Below are positions 46,898 through 60,066 of a stretch of DNA of 64,000 bases, one piece after another; position 1 is the stretch's first letter, and each line of letters starts with the position of its first letter. Both the position numbers and the translations under genes were made by a program. The notes beneath the pieces were generated by a model. That model saw only the letters and a program-made list of their open reading frames with translations, did no database searches and was not told where the DNA came from. Source of the DNA: Neoechinorhynchus agilis (taxonomy: Eukaryota > Animalia > Acanthocephala); contig CM121341.1 in NCBI GenBank assembly GCA_051530055.1, positions 15,788,784 to 15,852,783 on the forward strand. The letters are read 5' to 3'.

Positions 46898-47489
46898 CTT
46901 TCTTTTTGGTAATTTTGCTACCCCGGGGATTTAAGTACACTAATTTATTTCCGATATTTCGTCGGATAATTTCGACATTTCCTCAAGGTTTGTCATCTAA
47001 AACACAAACATTATAGCGTTATCCTTCGTCAAACCCCTCTTACTAGACTCATTGTCCACTAGAACCTCTGAGCTAGAGCACCAATGCCTTTTAAATGGCA
47101 CTTTTAAACTGATGCTAGCTTTATTACCTTCAATCGGTTGAACTGAGCAGCCTAGAAAAGAAACCCGAAAGGACATACCAAAAAACAGAATATCTGTGTG
47201 TTTATGAGGACCCAAAGGTACATTGGGTTTATTTTCTTAAACACAAAAATCAATAACACGTGTTATTATTAATGACAAAACCAAATATATGGGGATAAAA
47301 TTTGTGGACAATGAAATTTAATCGAACCTAAGACGGGATTTGCATAACCTGGACAAGACGATCATTTCGTATACTAAGAAGGGGTGGCAATATTAGAAAA
47401 CTTGCGAAACAATGACAAACTTTCGGAAAATGTTGGAATTATCCGACGTGAAATGTTGGAAATAAATAAGTGAATTTAAATCCCCGGTG
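46898..47489. mobile_element. MITE family C copy
   Basis: TIRs 46898-46970 / 47435-47489; interior shares ~120 bp with 17440-17560 in inverted orientation. Confidence 0.7.
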
Positions 47490-47616
47490 TGAGTTTGATG
47501 TTCACACACTGAAAAGCTTGCGGCGTGGGCGGATCGACTGTTTTTGAAATGGGTTATTTTGACGAATCGGAATCGAAGTGTTCGCCGAGCGTTCTCGGAA
47601 TTTCTGCTGAATTCGA

Positions 47617-47805
47617 TCAGACTGCGTGTTTATAACGCCGCTTGAATCTGGCGGCCGGTACATCGAGGGTTCTTGCCGTTAGGCTTCGGTGCATTGGTCC
47701 GACCATCATGACATCTAACGCTGTCATCATTTCGACGCTGCCCGGGTTCGATCCCTCAACCCGAGGGGACGTCTTCTGGCGCTGGGAAGTACAGCGTCGA
47801 TGCAA
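47617..47805 (-). mobile_element. RLE-type endonuclease remnant
   Basis: ALDVMMVGP..AARFKRRYK resembles the LDV..P..AA..K..KY motif; GC-rich island. Confidence 0.35.
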
Positions 47806-48306
47806 CCCGGACTTCTTGGAAATAATTATAATAAAAATAAGGTACTGTGTATCCGAAACTCATCAATTGTGTGAGAATATGATGCTCTAGTGTGTAACTC
47901 GAAAATAGATTCTGAGTTTAGGTAAACTCGACTCTTCTTCATGAATCTCCAATTTAATCATCTGTACTACCTATTTTTACTGCCTACTCGATCGATAAAT
48001 CCCCCAAAGAAACGATTCTATTGGCTGAACGGACCCCTCAGATTTACCAAAACTCGAAGAAAGATCTTTTCCATTATAATTCTCTTGTCAAAAATGCGTT
48101 GTTTTTCATCGGATATATTAATCAGAGTACATGACCGCGTATCAGATACTTCAAATGCGAGCTTGACAAATACGACAAGGATTTCAAGAACCATGATAAT
48201 TTTAATTTTCGCAATCATTTGAAAGTATTAGAGAAACCAATAGTCGTTCATGCAGGATTTTTGTTACACATTCGATTCAAGTTAACACGTACTGTTGTTT
48301 TATACT

Positions 48307-50728
48307 TTAAACATCCCAATCCAGAATCACTTTTGATCTCTGAATAACGTATGTCTTTTCATTTCGGCATTCTTCTAAAAAACGATTGGCTTCCTTTAAT
48401 AGATCCTTCGCGACTTGACCTTTTAATTGAACCACAATGTTAGCTTTTACAATTGTCATTTCTAAGGGACATCTTTGCAGCAAATGAACAAGCATCTCTT
48501 CGCAATTCTTTGTCTTGTTCATCTTCACGAGTAAATCTCCGGCCATTAAAACCAAAGGTTCGCTTTCCATGCATTTCGCATATGCTTGACAAAGGCACTG
48601 AAACGAAGCTGTACCTACATTTGAACCTTCCGATATAACCAAATAATAAAGGACTTGAATAATTTTCCTTTCTCGTTCATTAAAGCCGCTGCGTGGAATT
48701 GACATCATCTGCTTTAAGGTTGACAAAACCTGCGAAGCACGTTGTGAAATCACAGGATTGTCTGCTTTGCAGTTGCTTTCATAGGCATTAGAAGAGATGG
48801 ATAAATGAACTCCGCCAAGGACGGTCTCAAGCCCGGCTGAGAAAGGAGGAGGGTGGGTGTCAGAAAGAGCATCCGGCTGTGAAATTCTTGCCAAAATTTG
48901 ATCCAAATGACAACCAACAACCGAATCAACCAAAGGACTAAGGCGTTCTCTATATACGACGCGCAAGTTCTTCGTGCGGGCACGATAAAGTTTCGAAGAC
49001 GGAGAGACTGAAAATAAGGGGAAATCGCCGACGGGAACGGCCGAGGAAACAATGAGTGGATCGCATCAAACAGGATAAATTGGTTGTCGAGGAAACTGCA
49101 ACCTCTCGAAAGATAGAAAAATGCGCGAGTGAGAAGAAGAGATGGATAAATGCTTATTAATTAGAAATTCAGAACATTCAAAGATGAATCAACAAGTCAA
49201 GGATAACGTATCTTAATTTCGAGCTGAAAATCACTTCTAGTCAAATTAAGAGAACTAAGCAATGAATTGATAGTAACGAGGACCACTTAGAAGACAAATA
49301 TGTTTTTCCAGCATAAATATTTCTTGAGCATATAAAAATACTAAAATAACCCTGAAACCAAACTGCTTTTATGTCTCTATGAAGAATACACGTATAAAGT
49401 AGACTCAATGTCAAGAAATATTCACACCTTGGATGCATCCAGGGAGGCTTGGCATACCCATCTGTCGATAAATAACCGATGGATGCGTTCATGTGCCAAA
49501 ACGCGGATTTAGCTTCTCCGAGTACGTAGGCAAAGTGGCCAATCATGAAATGAAGACGCTTGCGATATTCCTCAATATTTACTTCGACGAGTTTCAACGC
49601 TGCTTCAATGGACTGTAATGCCGTTTTTAATTGGCCTTTTTGGAGGCAGTATTGAACTTCAATTTCATGAAGATAGAAAAGAATATCGGTATTACGTTTT
49701 CCCATTAAGTGGTGTTTTCTGACTTTGCTCAGATACCTCAAAGCCTGACTATATTGTTTCGATAAAAAGCACTGAGCTGATGTTAACATGAGTGTGAGAA
49801 ATGTCAGATCCTCTTTTGGAATCCATGCATCAGCAACGGGACAGTCCTTTTCAATGATGGCTTGAAGTTTTCGAACTTGGACTTTCGCCGCCTTTATTTT
49901 TGCTGATAGAGATTCAGAAATGAGAGTAAAGACAATTTTGTTTAGATAGAAAATCTAATTTAGAGAATCATTAAAGTTATCAGGAAGGTGATAGGTTAAC
50001 TCCATTGAAATTTAGCAATACTATGGTGCCAATTAGAAAATAATCGATATCAACAAATGGGTTACATCGTGATTCTGAATAAATATCACAGTAGAGAAAT
50101 ACAGGTAGTAAATAAATAGTGAACAATAATATCCATCATTTTCATCTACTTCAATCGCGTTTTCGCACTCATTAAGAATATCGCCATTATCGAAGCCTAC
50201 CATGGTTGAACCGATTAATCGACAAAGTTTGAGCCCGAACCGTACGCACTGGTCGTCACCTTGATAATCTACCGCTGATAAATCAATAAGGTATTCCATT
50301 GCTTTATCTCTTCTTGTGGTAAAATCAGGATCTTTTTTAAGAACCTGAAACAGTTTAAATTGAATATCTATGTGATTGCGATTGATCAAACGGTCATCAT
50401 GTAATTCTCGTGTTTTTTCCAATAGATCACGAGCCTCGGAATATCGTTTCTGTATGCATAAGATTCTTACAAAAAGCTGGACACAGTCATATGCGGATTG
50501 ATTGGTGTGGATCCTATTGCCTAGAATGCAGAACGCACTTTGTATGTGCTCAAAAGCTCGATCAAGGTTCGAAGACGATTCAATGTAAAGACGGCCGATC
50601 TCCATGTCTATTAGTGCTTTCTCCTCTGTACTGAACTCCTGCGACTCATGGATTGTTCTGACAAGCAGATCAGACGCTTTGAAATTCTCTGTCAGAATGT
50701 ACTCTCTGGCTGTAGCGATTATATCCAT
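48307..50728 (-). CDS. MAU2/Scc4-like TPR cohesin-loader subunit (multi-exon)
   Basis: EEKALIDMEIGRLYIESSSNLDRAFEHIQSAF resembles the MAU2 N-terminus as recalled; helical TPR-like exons; exon structure only partly resolved. Confidence 0.5.
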
Positions 50729-51960
50729 ATCCTAGAATAGCAGGATAAATTTAAGGGGCGAAATTGTACTTTATGCATATTGATATCATTCGCACTGCTT
50801 AGATACATTTGAAAGGAAGCTCTAGATAGATAATCGTACACAAACTGAAATTAGTAACGTTGCTGTAATGTGACTCAAATATCGCCTTCTACGAAGACGC
50901 AAAAATTAATTAGCTGTATGCTAGCCGAGTTTGCGAAAACGCGAGAAATTTCCCTTAATCGCTAGGATAAGAAGGAAGTAAAGAGTTAATATTAAATTGT
51001 GCTAATGCGAATGTTCGCTTTATCACGCATGGATTTTCTCAATTACAAAAGATCTAAAGCTTCAATAGCAAAGAACGGAAACGTAAATTGTTTTACATGA
51101 TTTTCACTAAACATAATCACCATACAACTTAATTTTTTTATTCGATTCTAGGTCAAGGGAAGATCAAATATTAATTAAATTGTAAAAGCCGCTTGTTGCT
51201 CTCAAACACTTCAGGTCACTGAAGACGACCTTGTGAATTTTACCGAGGATTTTATTTTAACATCGATGATCGGATATTTTAAATTCGTTATATAAGGATT
51301 TATTGTCTTTACAGATCGAATTTTAGTGAATAGATAAAGACAAAATAAGCTGACTACATCCTCATCATTTCAATTATTTTTTCATTAAAATCAAACGATT
51401 CTCGAAATATTCGCCTTTGATTATTATTCGGATCAGATAAGTTATCTTGGATCTAAGTGTTGCATCTGATTAAACTATGTTTTCCATTTTCGTTTTGCCA
51501 TTCTTTTGCAGAGTGTTTTTGATTGGTTAAGCGAAGAAGTAGCCAATATGGAATATAAGATATAAAAGTAAGTTCAAATTCGGTTGAATCCAAGCTCGCG
51601 AACGCCTTATTAGTTCGCTTACAATCAAAACGCGTTCTACAAACTTCGCCTTTAACGCATTTTTTACATCGATTAATCACACTGATCTCTATTCTGCTCT
51701 AAAAATCACACAGAGGAATTGAATTCTGCAATCACAGCCAGGGCTAGCATACTGAAAAATTGTTATTTACTCAGACGATTTCCCACTTTTCTAAAAAAAG
51801 CTAATCAAATGCCACCGGGTAATTAATTGACGAAACCTTTGTTCATATTCAGTTGTAAGCCGTAATATTCACTTTTCGTTTGAGATAATGCCAAGAAATC
51901 TTGAGCAGTGTGTCTCGTTTTATAACTTTCTTAAGTTCACGATTTTACCAAGTTTTAGAT

Positions 51961-52120
51961 GGTTGAAAAATTAAAAGAATTTATTGATTCCGATATTTCG
52001 GCACAATCTCGTCCCCTTATCATGGTTGTTACTTGAGCGTCTATTAATAACTAACAACCTTGATAAAGGAGTGCAAGATTATGCCTAAATATCTGAATCA
52101 ATAAATTCTTAATTTTTCCC
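51961..52120. mobile_element. Foldback MITE, homologue of 16393-16563
   Basis: aaaaatta..gaatttattgattccgatatttcggcacaatct..agattatgcctaaatatctgaatcaataaattcttaattttt. Confidence 0.6.
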
Positions 52121-52528
52121 CTATATAAAAACATCAACAAAGCAATCTTCAAACACTTTAGGGAGCATCCGTGAACGACAAGATCAATTAGTGGACCTTT
52201 TAAATTTAAATCCAGGAACAATCCATGACTTTAATAGTCAACAAATGAGCATTTTTGCGGCTTTCTTTCATCCTAATCACATAATGCCGAAATGTATATG
52301 TATCGGCGCCTGTATAATCTTTTCAGCTCATTCGGTAGCTCAATTTCACACTTTGGTTCGTCCTATAGGTCCTTCTATAACGGCCGTGACTCTCAACTAA
52401 AGCTAAACACGTGCCGATCCCGCGGGAATACTGTTGTTTGATTCAGGAGCTCATATAGCATTTACGCGAGAACAAATCGTGAAGCTTGGTGTCACCAACC
52501 AGCGTTCTGTTTCTTTTTGCTGCAGTTA

Positions 52529-53497
52529 ATGACGAGACGGTTATATAGAATATTAAATGTTCCTTCGAATGCAAGCAGTTTTGAGATAAAGCGATCCTAT
52601 AGAGCATTGGCCTTAAAGTATCACCCTGACAAGTGTCGAGAGCAGAACGCTGAAGATCAATTTAAACAAATTTCGGAAGCATATGAGGTGCTGATTGATC
52701 CGCTACGTCGGTCTGCTTACGACCGAGGAGATTATTTTGGGCTTGCAAAGAAAAACGTTGAAAAGGAACAAGACGCAAGTGGACACAAAACATCACAACG
52801 GTCGTTCAAAGCCGACGTACCTTCAGAAGTCATATTCGTCGACGATGACGACGATCTATATTCGCGACAATCGACCGATGATTTATTTCGAAGACCTAAT
52901 AAAGGACCAGTACGAAGAACCAAAGAGTGTGCTCCTTCGTACCATGAACTTAGGCTCACTTTAAAGGAAATGGTGATTGGCGGAACGAAAAGAATGAAGG
53001 TTCGACGGTGGACGTACGATGAAAGATCCAAATCATTTAAATCAGAGGAAAAAGAATTTAATATCATAGTGAGCCCAGGGTGGCGAAATGGAACAAAAAT
53101 ACGATTCAGTGGTGAAGGTGACACAACTTATCCGGACCTGAGACCTTCGGATATGGTGTTTGTTGTTGTGGAAGAGCCCCATAATGCATATTCACGACAA
53201 GGCGATGATATTATTCATACTGTTACCTTGCCCCTTCGACAAGCGCTTTGCTCTCAAGTTGTAAAAGTCAAAACCGTCGATTCAAAACTCAGGGAAATAC
53301 AATTGCTAAAAAATGAAATTATCACTCCTTCAACGGTTAAACTGTTAATTGGAGATGGAATGCCTCGCATGACTGCACCGACTACCAGAGGAAATATGAT
53401 TATAAAATTCCAAATTGAATTTCCACTCGGTCTAAGCAGTGACATCAAATCGAAATTAGCCATTATTCTAACGAACGACAAGCATGATAGAAGCTGA
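52529..53497 (+). CDS. Class B DnaJ/Hsp40 co-chaperone (DNAJB4/5/13-like)
   Basis: J domain with HPD (ALKYHPDK), C-terminal IVSPGWRNGTKIRF.GEGD..F.R.GDD..L..ALC..G.GMP..RGN.II.F.IEFP. Confidence 0.92.
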   Translation: MTRRLYRILNVPSNASSFEIKRSYRALALKYHPDKCREQNAEDQFKQISEAYEVLIDPLRRSAYDRGDYFGLAKKNVEKEQDASGHKTSQRSFKADVPSEVIFVDDDDDLYSRQSTDDLFRRPNKGPVRRTKECAPSYHELRLTLKEMVIGGTKRMKVRRWTYDERSKSFKSEEKEFNIIVSPGWRNGTKIRFSGEGDTTYPDLRPSDMVFVVVEEPHNAYSRQGDDIIHTVTLPLRQALCSQVVKVKTVDSKLREIQLLKNEIITPSTVKLLIGDGMPRMTAPTTRGNMIIKFQIEFPLGLSSDIKSKLAIILTNDKHDRS

Positions 53498-53929
53498 GAT
53501 CTTTACGTTATTTGTTCGCATTCTGCCTTGCTATTTTTAATTGTGGTATAATATCTGAGAATGATTCGGTTAAGGGTATTGAGAATTTTTAAAGATGAAG
53601 TATAGATACTATGAAAGATTATACGAAGAACATTTATTCAGACCAAGTATATTAACATCAACCAAAACGATCCTTAAGCATATGATTTTTATTGAAAATT
53701 ATTAAGCGACAAATACGGATCACATAACTGTTGAAAGTTACACGAGAGAGAAGCAAGTGTTAATGACTCCGATTTTTTACACCGCGGATTTTCTATCGCA
53801 AATGCGTGTTTCTTGCTTTTAGTACTATCACTGGTATCGACGAAATAATTTTATAAGATTGAACAAGATCATCTTGGACGGTTTACCTGCAGATAAAAAG
53901 AATCGGGCGTAATACGTCAGTTTTCTTCG

Positions 53930-55560
53930 TTAAATTGATATTTGGCGTAATTAAAGAATTAAAGATTAATTTAATTAATTTTCGGCCTGAGAGTGGGCCT
54001 TGTTCAGATATCTAAAACACGTCACTTTACAACCATTTGCCCTTTAAGACGTATATCAGGTGGAAGGCGCAGGTGTAGTTTGTAATCCGCCTTATTGTGC
54101 GTAAATGTACGCGTTGTTTGTATTAAAATGGCCTCCATCGTTATTCTGTCTCTACGGTTGTTACATTTTGCTAGAATGTCAGTGGCATCAAAATTGATCC
54201 GATAATCATTTTCAATCACGTGGTGTACAATCGCAGAGCTTGTATCCATTTTTCTGGACACAGTTCTGCGATGTTCGTTGAGCCGTCTCTTTATATTGTT
54301 CGTTTTTCCTACATACGATTGATCACAGTCCACGCAGGGGATCCTATAGACGCACTCGTTTATATTGTCCACTCTTTTAGGTTGTAACAAACAATATAGT
54401 GTTTGTCCCCTTTTGGAATACATAATGCATTCCTTCTTCATATCGAGTTGTTTGATCAATGTTTCTATATTGTAATTCCACCTATCATTTATGTAAGGAA
54501 TTTCTATATATCGTGTGTCTGCATTCGTTGAAGATCCGATATCCCGATTTTTTTGTAGGTTCCCTTCCGATCATTTGTTGAGTATCTTTCAATGTTCTTA
54601 ACATTAATTTCTTTGGATAGCCACCACTTTTAAATATATTCCATAATCTATCGAGTTCGTTATTGAGGCAATTCAAGTTCGAGCTATATCGGTATGGTCT
54701 GATGACTAGTGATTGGAATCTCGATAATTTGTATTTGTGTGGTTGAGCTGAGATCCAAGGTACTATTCGATGCGGGACACCCTGTTTGATATAGACCGAG
54801 GTTGATGGTAAAAAACCACAATCTTCTTTTTCGCATGTCCATTGAATATGGGAATCTTTGTCATTTAGTTCCTGTTGAAGTTGGACAGCTGTCCATCTGT
54901 CTTGGTCCAATATGATAAAGGTGTCGTCTACATATCGACACCAGAATTGTATACCTCTTAACTTGGTCAAATTTGACTCCTCCCAACGTCTCATGTAAAG
55001 TTCAGCAAGAACCGGCGAAAGTGGGCTTCCCATTGCCAACCCATCAATTTGATCATAGTTCTGTCCTTCGAACTCAAAATTATAAAATTTTGTGCAGAAG
55101 AGGAGTAATTTCATCCAGTCGGTAGCTGACAACTTCCATAGTTTATCATTCTCCATAAGTAGTAGGGTGGCAAGTTCGATGGTATCTTCCACTGGTATTC
55201 TCGTGAACAGAGATACAACATCCGCTGATACCATGATACATGAATCGTTAATTGTAATTCTATTCAGCCGATTGATGAAGTCCACCCCAGAGGTGACAAC
55301 ATTGTCGGAGTTGGGTAGGAGCCTTTTTAGAAAACTAGCTATCGTTTTGGATAGTTTACAATTGTAGGTTGAATGTTCTGCTACGATTGGTCTAGCTTTC
55401 ATTGGGGACTTATGTACTTTCGCAATGAGATACATCTTAGGTGTTCTCGCATTCACAGATCTTAAATTCTTATAGTCTATCTCAGGTTTGAGCTTCTGTT
55501 TCATCAATCTGAGCATGAAATCATTAAGTTCCTTTTCACGTTTCGCTGTTGGAGAGTTGT
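53930..55560 (-). mobile_element. Penelope/Poseidon-like element: RT + C-terminal GIY-YIG + pLTR, with small frameshifts
   Basis: P.MYLIAKVHK..ARPIV, SADVVSLFT.IP, GLAMGSPLSP.LA.LYM, RYVDDTF; VYRIPCVDCDQSYVGKT..RL.EH. Confidence 0.92.
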
Positions 55561-55900
55561 CGAGTATCTTGAATTCTTGTCAGTACCTTGGATCTCAGCT
55601 CAACCACACAAATACAAATTATCGAGATTCCAATCACTAGTCATCAGACCATACCGATATAGCTCGAACTTGAATTGCCTCAATAACGAACTCGATCGAT
55701 TATGGAATATATTTAAAAGTGGTGGCTATATTTTTAAGTTTTACTGGCAAGCCGGTATGTTATGATCATTCAATTTTAGACAATCCCTTTCTTGTCCGGC
55801 TTATTTATTTAGGCATAAAGCCAAACCAATTACATCAGAGAAGTGATATAACCACATTGTCTCTGATGCACGGTTAAGAGTTTGTACATTCCTCCGGATC

Positions 55901-55964
55901 CTCAGATACCTCCAGGAGGCGGGACTCATCAGTGAGTTTCCTCCCTTCAGCGGTATTTCGTCCC
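55901..55964 (-). ncRNA. Hammerhead ribozyme with permuted strand order
   Basis: GGGAC-GAA-ATACC ... CTCA-CTGATGA-GTCCC ... GGTAT-C-TGAG; stems II, III, I = 5, 5, 4 perfect bp; AUC cleavage triplet. Confidence 0.65.
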
Positions 55965-55976
55965 CTTTGGCTGTGC

Positions 55977-56053
55977 GTCATTGGTGGTAACGGATTCGAA
56001 CCACTTGAACCCTAATCGGGATCATGGGCATTAGTCCACTTGACCACCACGAC
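55977..56053 (-). ncRNA. tRNA-derived Pol III promoter head (not a functional tRNA)
   Basis: A box TGGTCAAGTGG and B box GGTTCGAATCC 33 nt apart; anticodon arm not recoverable. Confidence 0.65.
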
Positions 56054-57129
56054 ACAACTACGAAATGTCAAAGTCAGCCAGTTCATCGGCTCAGGGATAG
56101 CGCCGTGTTCTATATTTTTAAGTTTTACTGGCAAGCCGGTATGTTATGATCATTCAATTTTAGACAATCCCTTTCTTGTCCGGCTTATTTATTTAGGCAT
56201 AAAGCCAAACCAATTACATCAGAGAAGTGATATAACCACATAGTCTCTAATGCACGGTTAAGAGTTTGTACATTCCTCCGGATCCTCAGATACCTCCAGG
56301 AGGCGGGACTAATCAGTGAGTTTCCTCCGGCTATCCAAAGAAATTAATGTTAAGAACATTGAAAGATACTCAACAAATGATCGGAAGGGAACCTACAAAA
56401 AAATCGGGATATCGGATCTTCAACGAATGCAGACACACGATATAGGCACATAAAAAATCAATTGAACATTACAAAACATGTACTATAATTTTCGAATATT
56501 TGCGTGGCTGAGAGGCCTTTTTTGTACAACAGAAACCATTATAAGCCACTTTTCAAAATTAGCACAATTCAAATTTTGAAATATAACCATGAAGCATTAC
56601 AATTGGTAGAGAGCAACCTTATTCGATTCTTAACGATATTTAATTGGAAAACAAATCCAAAGTCGATACCTTGACTTTGTTTGGTCGAGAAAATTCCAGA
56701 AAAGTCCCAGGGAAAGCACTGCAAGACCAGCGCTGCTATCACATTCCTTTCCATCGTCAGAAAACGAAAGATAGATGCAATTCGATGACTCGGAAAATCG
56801 TCGACTCCATTAAATTAATTTGTGGTTCAGAATTTATTTTCCTGGGAAACATTTTTCACTCTGGTAAGTCAGAAATTGACGAAAGTTCAAATTTCAACGG
56901 AATCGTTTAGAACTCACAAAAAGAAACTTTTTCACGAGCATCTTGGGCACACTTTCAGCGCTATAATTATTATGAGTTCCTACAATTATCAATCCTGTTT
57001 CATTTGGAACGAGTAAATCGATTTTATTTTCTTTGAATGATACATTTATCACAATCTGAAAGTATTCAGAACGAGATGATTTATTGATACTTTTTGAATT
57101 CTTGCACTTTGTGTTCAGCATCACAATAA

Positions 57130-58400
57130 GAATGCATATGCCTTATTCTGCACAATTCGAAAAAACGCGGTTGTGCGGTGGAGCTTCATTCCTAAATTTT
57201 CTAATGCGATTGTTCTCCAAACAGCTCTGATTAAACTTATTGGTTTTGTGGCCCTCGATCGGAAGTGATGTCGTTTAGGAATACCGAAACGAGCTATCCA
57301 TTGGCTGATAAATGCTCTTGCAACGTGACAATCAAGTTGGTATTATTTAAAGGAATCGCCTTAGGCCATCGAGTATATCGGTATATCACGGTTAATAAAT
57401 GGGTGAAAGTTCTTGTGATGCCGGTAACGGACCTACTAAATCTACGTTTTTGAATATGACGTCGGTTCGGTTCATTGCAATCTTTCGTTTTTCTGAATTA
57501 AATATGATATCCACGTTGCGGAGGTTCGAAAGTAGAAAGCGGTGCTCGTATGCGTCTTTGAACCGTTTAGCCATTGGACATCCGATATTTTGACTGAACC
57601 ATATCACCAATATCCTATGATAAACCAGGCCATCGACGTATCTTGTTTTAACCAATTTACGGGTTGCGTTGATTCCAGGTGGGACAGCTGGTGTATAGCC
57701 TCGAAAACTCGTTTCGTCCATCAAATGATGGTACCAACGGTCTATAACGGCCAGTTTGTTGTCACACAAAACAGTTTATCCTGTGCCATTGAAAGGAATT
57801 TCTTTCAACTGCAGCGAAGTATTCGCTAAACGATATGCCTGGATGTTTGATCAGACTTTTAAACTTCTGCCATCGCTTCAAAAATATTCCTTCGGAAATA
57901 CTGGCTAAATAATCAACAGCGGGACAATCCATCGGTAACTTGGTGAGAAAATCTTGTTCACTAATGTGTTCGATATTGGTCTATGAACTCAGATATATTA
58001 ATTCAAATGTCGTTCTTGACGACATTAGCTGACCAAAATCCAAAACATTTGACATCGCATAAACTAAAGGTCGATGATCAGTGTAAATCGTAAACGATCT
58101 ACACTCAACGCAATATCGAAAATGTCGGACAGCGAGATACATGGCCAGAAGCTTGCTGATCGAAGGTGCTGTACCGTTGTTCAGGTTTACGCAGTTGTTT
58201 GTTGAAGAATGTCAGCGGCTGCCATGAATGGGACACTTTCTGCTGTAGAACAGCGCCAATAGCGAACTCGGATGCATCTGTAATGATAGAGATTGGTGCG
58301 TCGGTCACTGAATGTGAAAGCATCGTTACGTTTGCTAGAGCTGAAGCCATTTCAACTGTCCAAGAAAAACTTCGTAGATTCGTTTTACCAGATAGAGGTT
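57130..58400 (-). mobile_element. Ty3/Gypsy relics (RNase H and integrase fragments)
   Basis: TDASEFAIGAVLQQ..WQPL.FF.KQL..PEQRYSTFD at ~58100-58350; VDLVGPLP..TRWP.AIPL..WIARFGIP..TSDRGPQ at ~57250-57450. Confidence 0.75.
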
Positions 58401-60066
58401 CATCGCCGCTTGGTTTCAGAGCGGACGCATCAGACGGGCTGCCGAATTGATGAAATTATCACAGTTGTGCAATGGCATGTCTACGCAGTCGTTTCGAATG
58501 AGATTTGGATGTTTTGGAATGCTGAATAACTGGTCAATCGTTACCATGCAAATATTGCATTGCCCGGAACGGTATTGATATTGCCTAAAGCCAATCCGGT
58601 GATTTTCAACAATGAATCATGTTAAGTTGATTTCTTTTAGTAATCCAATTACTTCAAAATACCTCATGATTCTAGAAACGTTATTTTCAGATTTTCTCAT
58701 GAGCATTCTCGACGATTGTATGATTCACTAAACCGAAGGCAATCTACATTTGAATGCTTTCATGAGAAAGGATACATCGTCGAGTTTGTGCTGCGGAAAT
58801 ACATTATCAATAATCAAAAATTTATTCGGAATTCTTCATGAGGTATTTTAACTTACAAAGTTTATCCAAGATTTATGAATTGCGCTTATGTTCATTAAAA
58901 TTCATGAAATTTACAATACCGCGGGAATACTCGGGCGGCGGCGATCTTCAATAGTATTGATTGAGCGACAACGAAATTTGCGGCATGTGTCAATATTCGA
59001 AAGGTTTTGTTGACCCGATTTTGATTGACTGAATGGATTGCAGCTATGGAAGTCACTGCTAACAGGATCTGTCGAAGAGCATTGAAACCCGAAACTGCCA
59101 TTTCATGAACTACGCGTGATGTCTTCAGACAAAATCATGAATTTGTTTTTCTGGTCTCTAAAATGCAAGCACTTTCGCGAAGAATTCCATTTCGGAGAAA
59201 GTTGCGTGATTTGTGCTCCGAAATAAAAATGCCCCATGCGCTTCGAATTCTTATTCCTGAGGTTTTCGTGAATCCGAGTGGCTGAAATAATAGAGCCCTT
59301 CCCTTAGACGCATTAAATTTGGTGGGCAACATTAAATTGATAGAATCATTTGTTACTGAATTTTTAACTTTTCGGGAATACCAGGATTGTTTGGCCCGAA
59401 AGTCTACCGCACTAAACTGAAATACTCCAAGGCTTCAAAAATTGAACATGATTTAATACTTTTTGCTGGCAAAATAGAGCCCTGAAGTTCGCAGCTTTTC
59501 ATATTTCCCTTGAGATGCCGAGACTTAAATATGTTTTAATTGTTGCAATTCCGAGAATTGTTTATTTCTTCGAGAACTTGAGAAAATTTTCGGTTCGGGG
59601 GCACAAATCATTTTAAATAAGTTTTTTTGAAGGCTATCAGGTCTTCAAAAGAACTCAAAAACATCCGTTTCTTGCTTCGATTGATTGGTGAAGGTCTGGC
59701 AAAACCAATGATCCGGTTAAAATTTTCACGATTTCACCAACCGGATTTGTTTTTGATCGAAGCAACGACATCCTTGCGAGAACTTTGATCTAAGTGAGTC
59801 AATACGCATTCTACGCAGGGGAAATATTGAAATCGTTTATTTGAATTTGTTTCTTGTGTTTGATCAATGTTTCCTAATTGTGCTGTGCAATTCCACCTTA
59901 AGGAATTACAATTTCTGCATTCGTTGATGCTCATCTGAGCCGATTTTTTCAGAGAGTTTCGAGCTAACGGCACTTTGTTAAGAACATGTCAAAGCAAGGT
60001 TACTGCCAAACTGACATCTGGCTTTATTTTTGCGTACCCAATAAGGGAATCGCACTATCGAAATCT

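Larger units (their letters stand above)
55726..56328 (-). mobile_element. Retrozyme/SINE-like partial tandem (unit 384 bp) with tRNA-like head and hammerhead
   Basis: Direct repeats 55726-55945 and 56110-56328; GGCTAT on both flanks. Confidence 0.7.
55585..56443 (+). mobile_element. Inverted internal fragment of the same Penelope element, split by an inserted element
   Basis: 55585-55729 and 56329-56443 are reverse complements of ~54510-54770. Confidence 0.8.

Noticed and set aside
47735-47770. gggttcgatccc as a tRNA T-arm
   Set aside because: No cloverleaf or A box upstream; the opposite strand reads as an RLE remnant
55977-56053. Functional tRNA gene
   Set aside because: Acceptor and T stems are imperfect and no anticodon arm can be drawn; only promoter boxes are convincing
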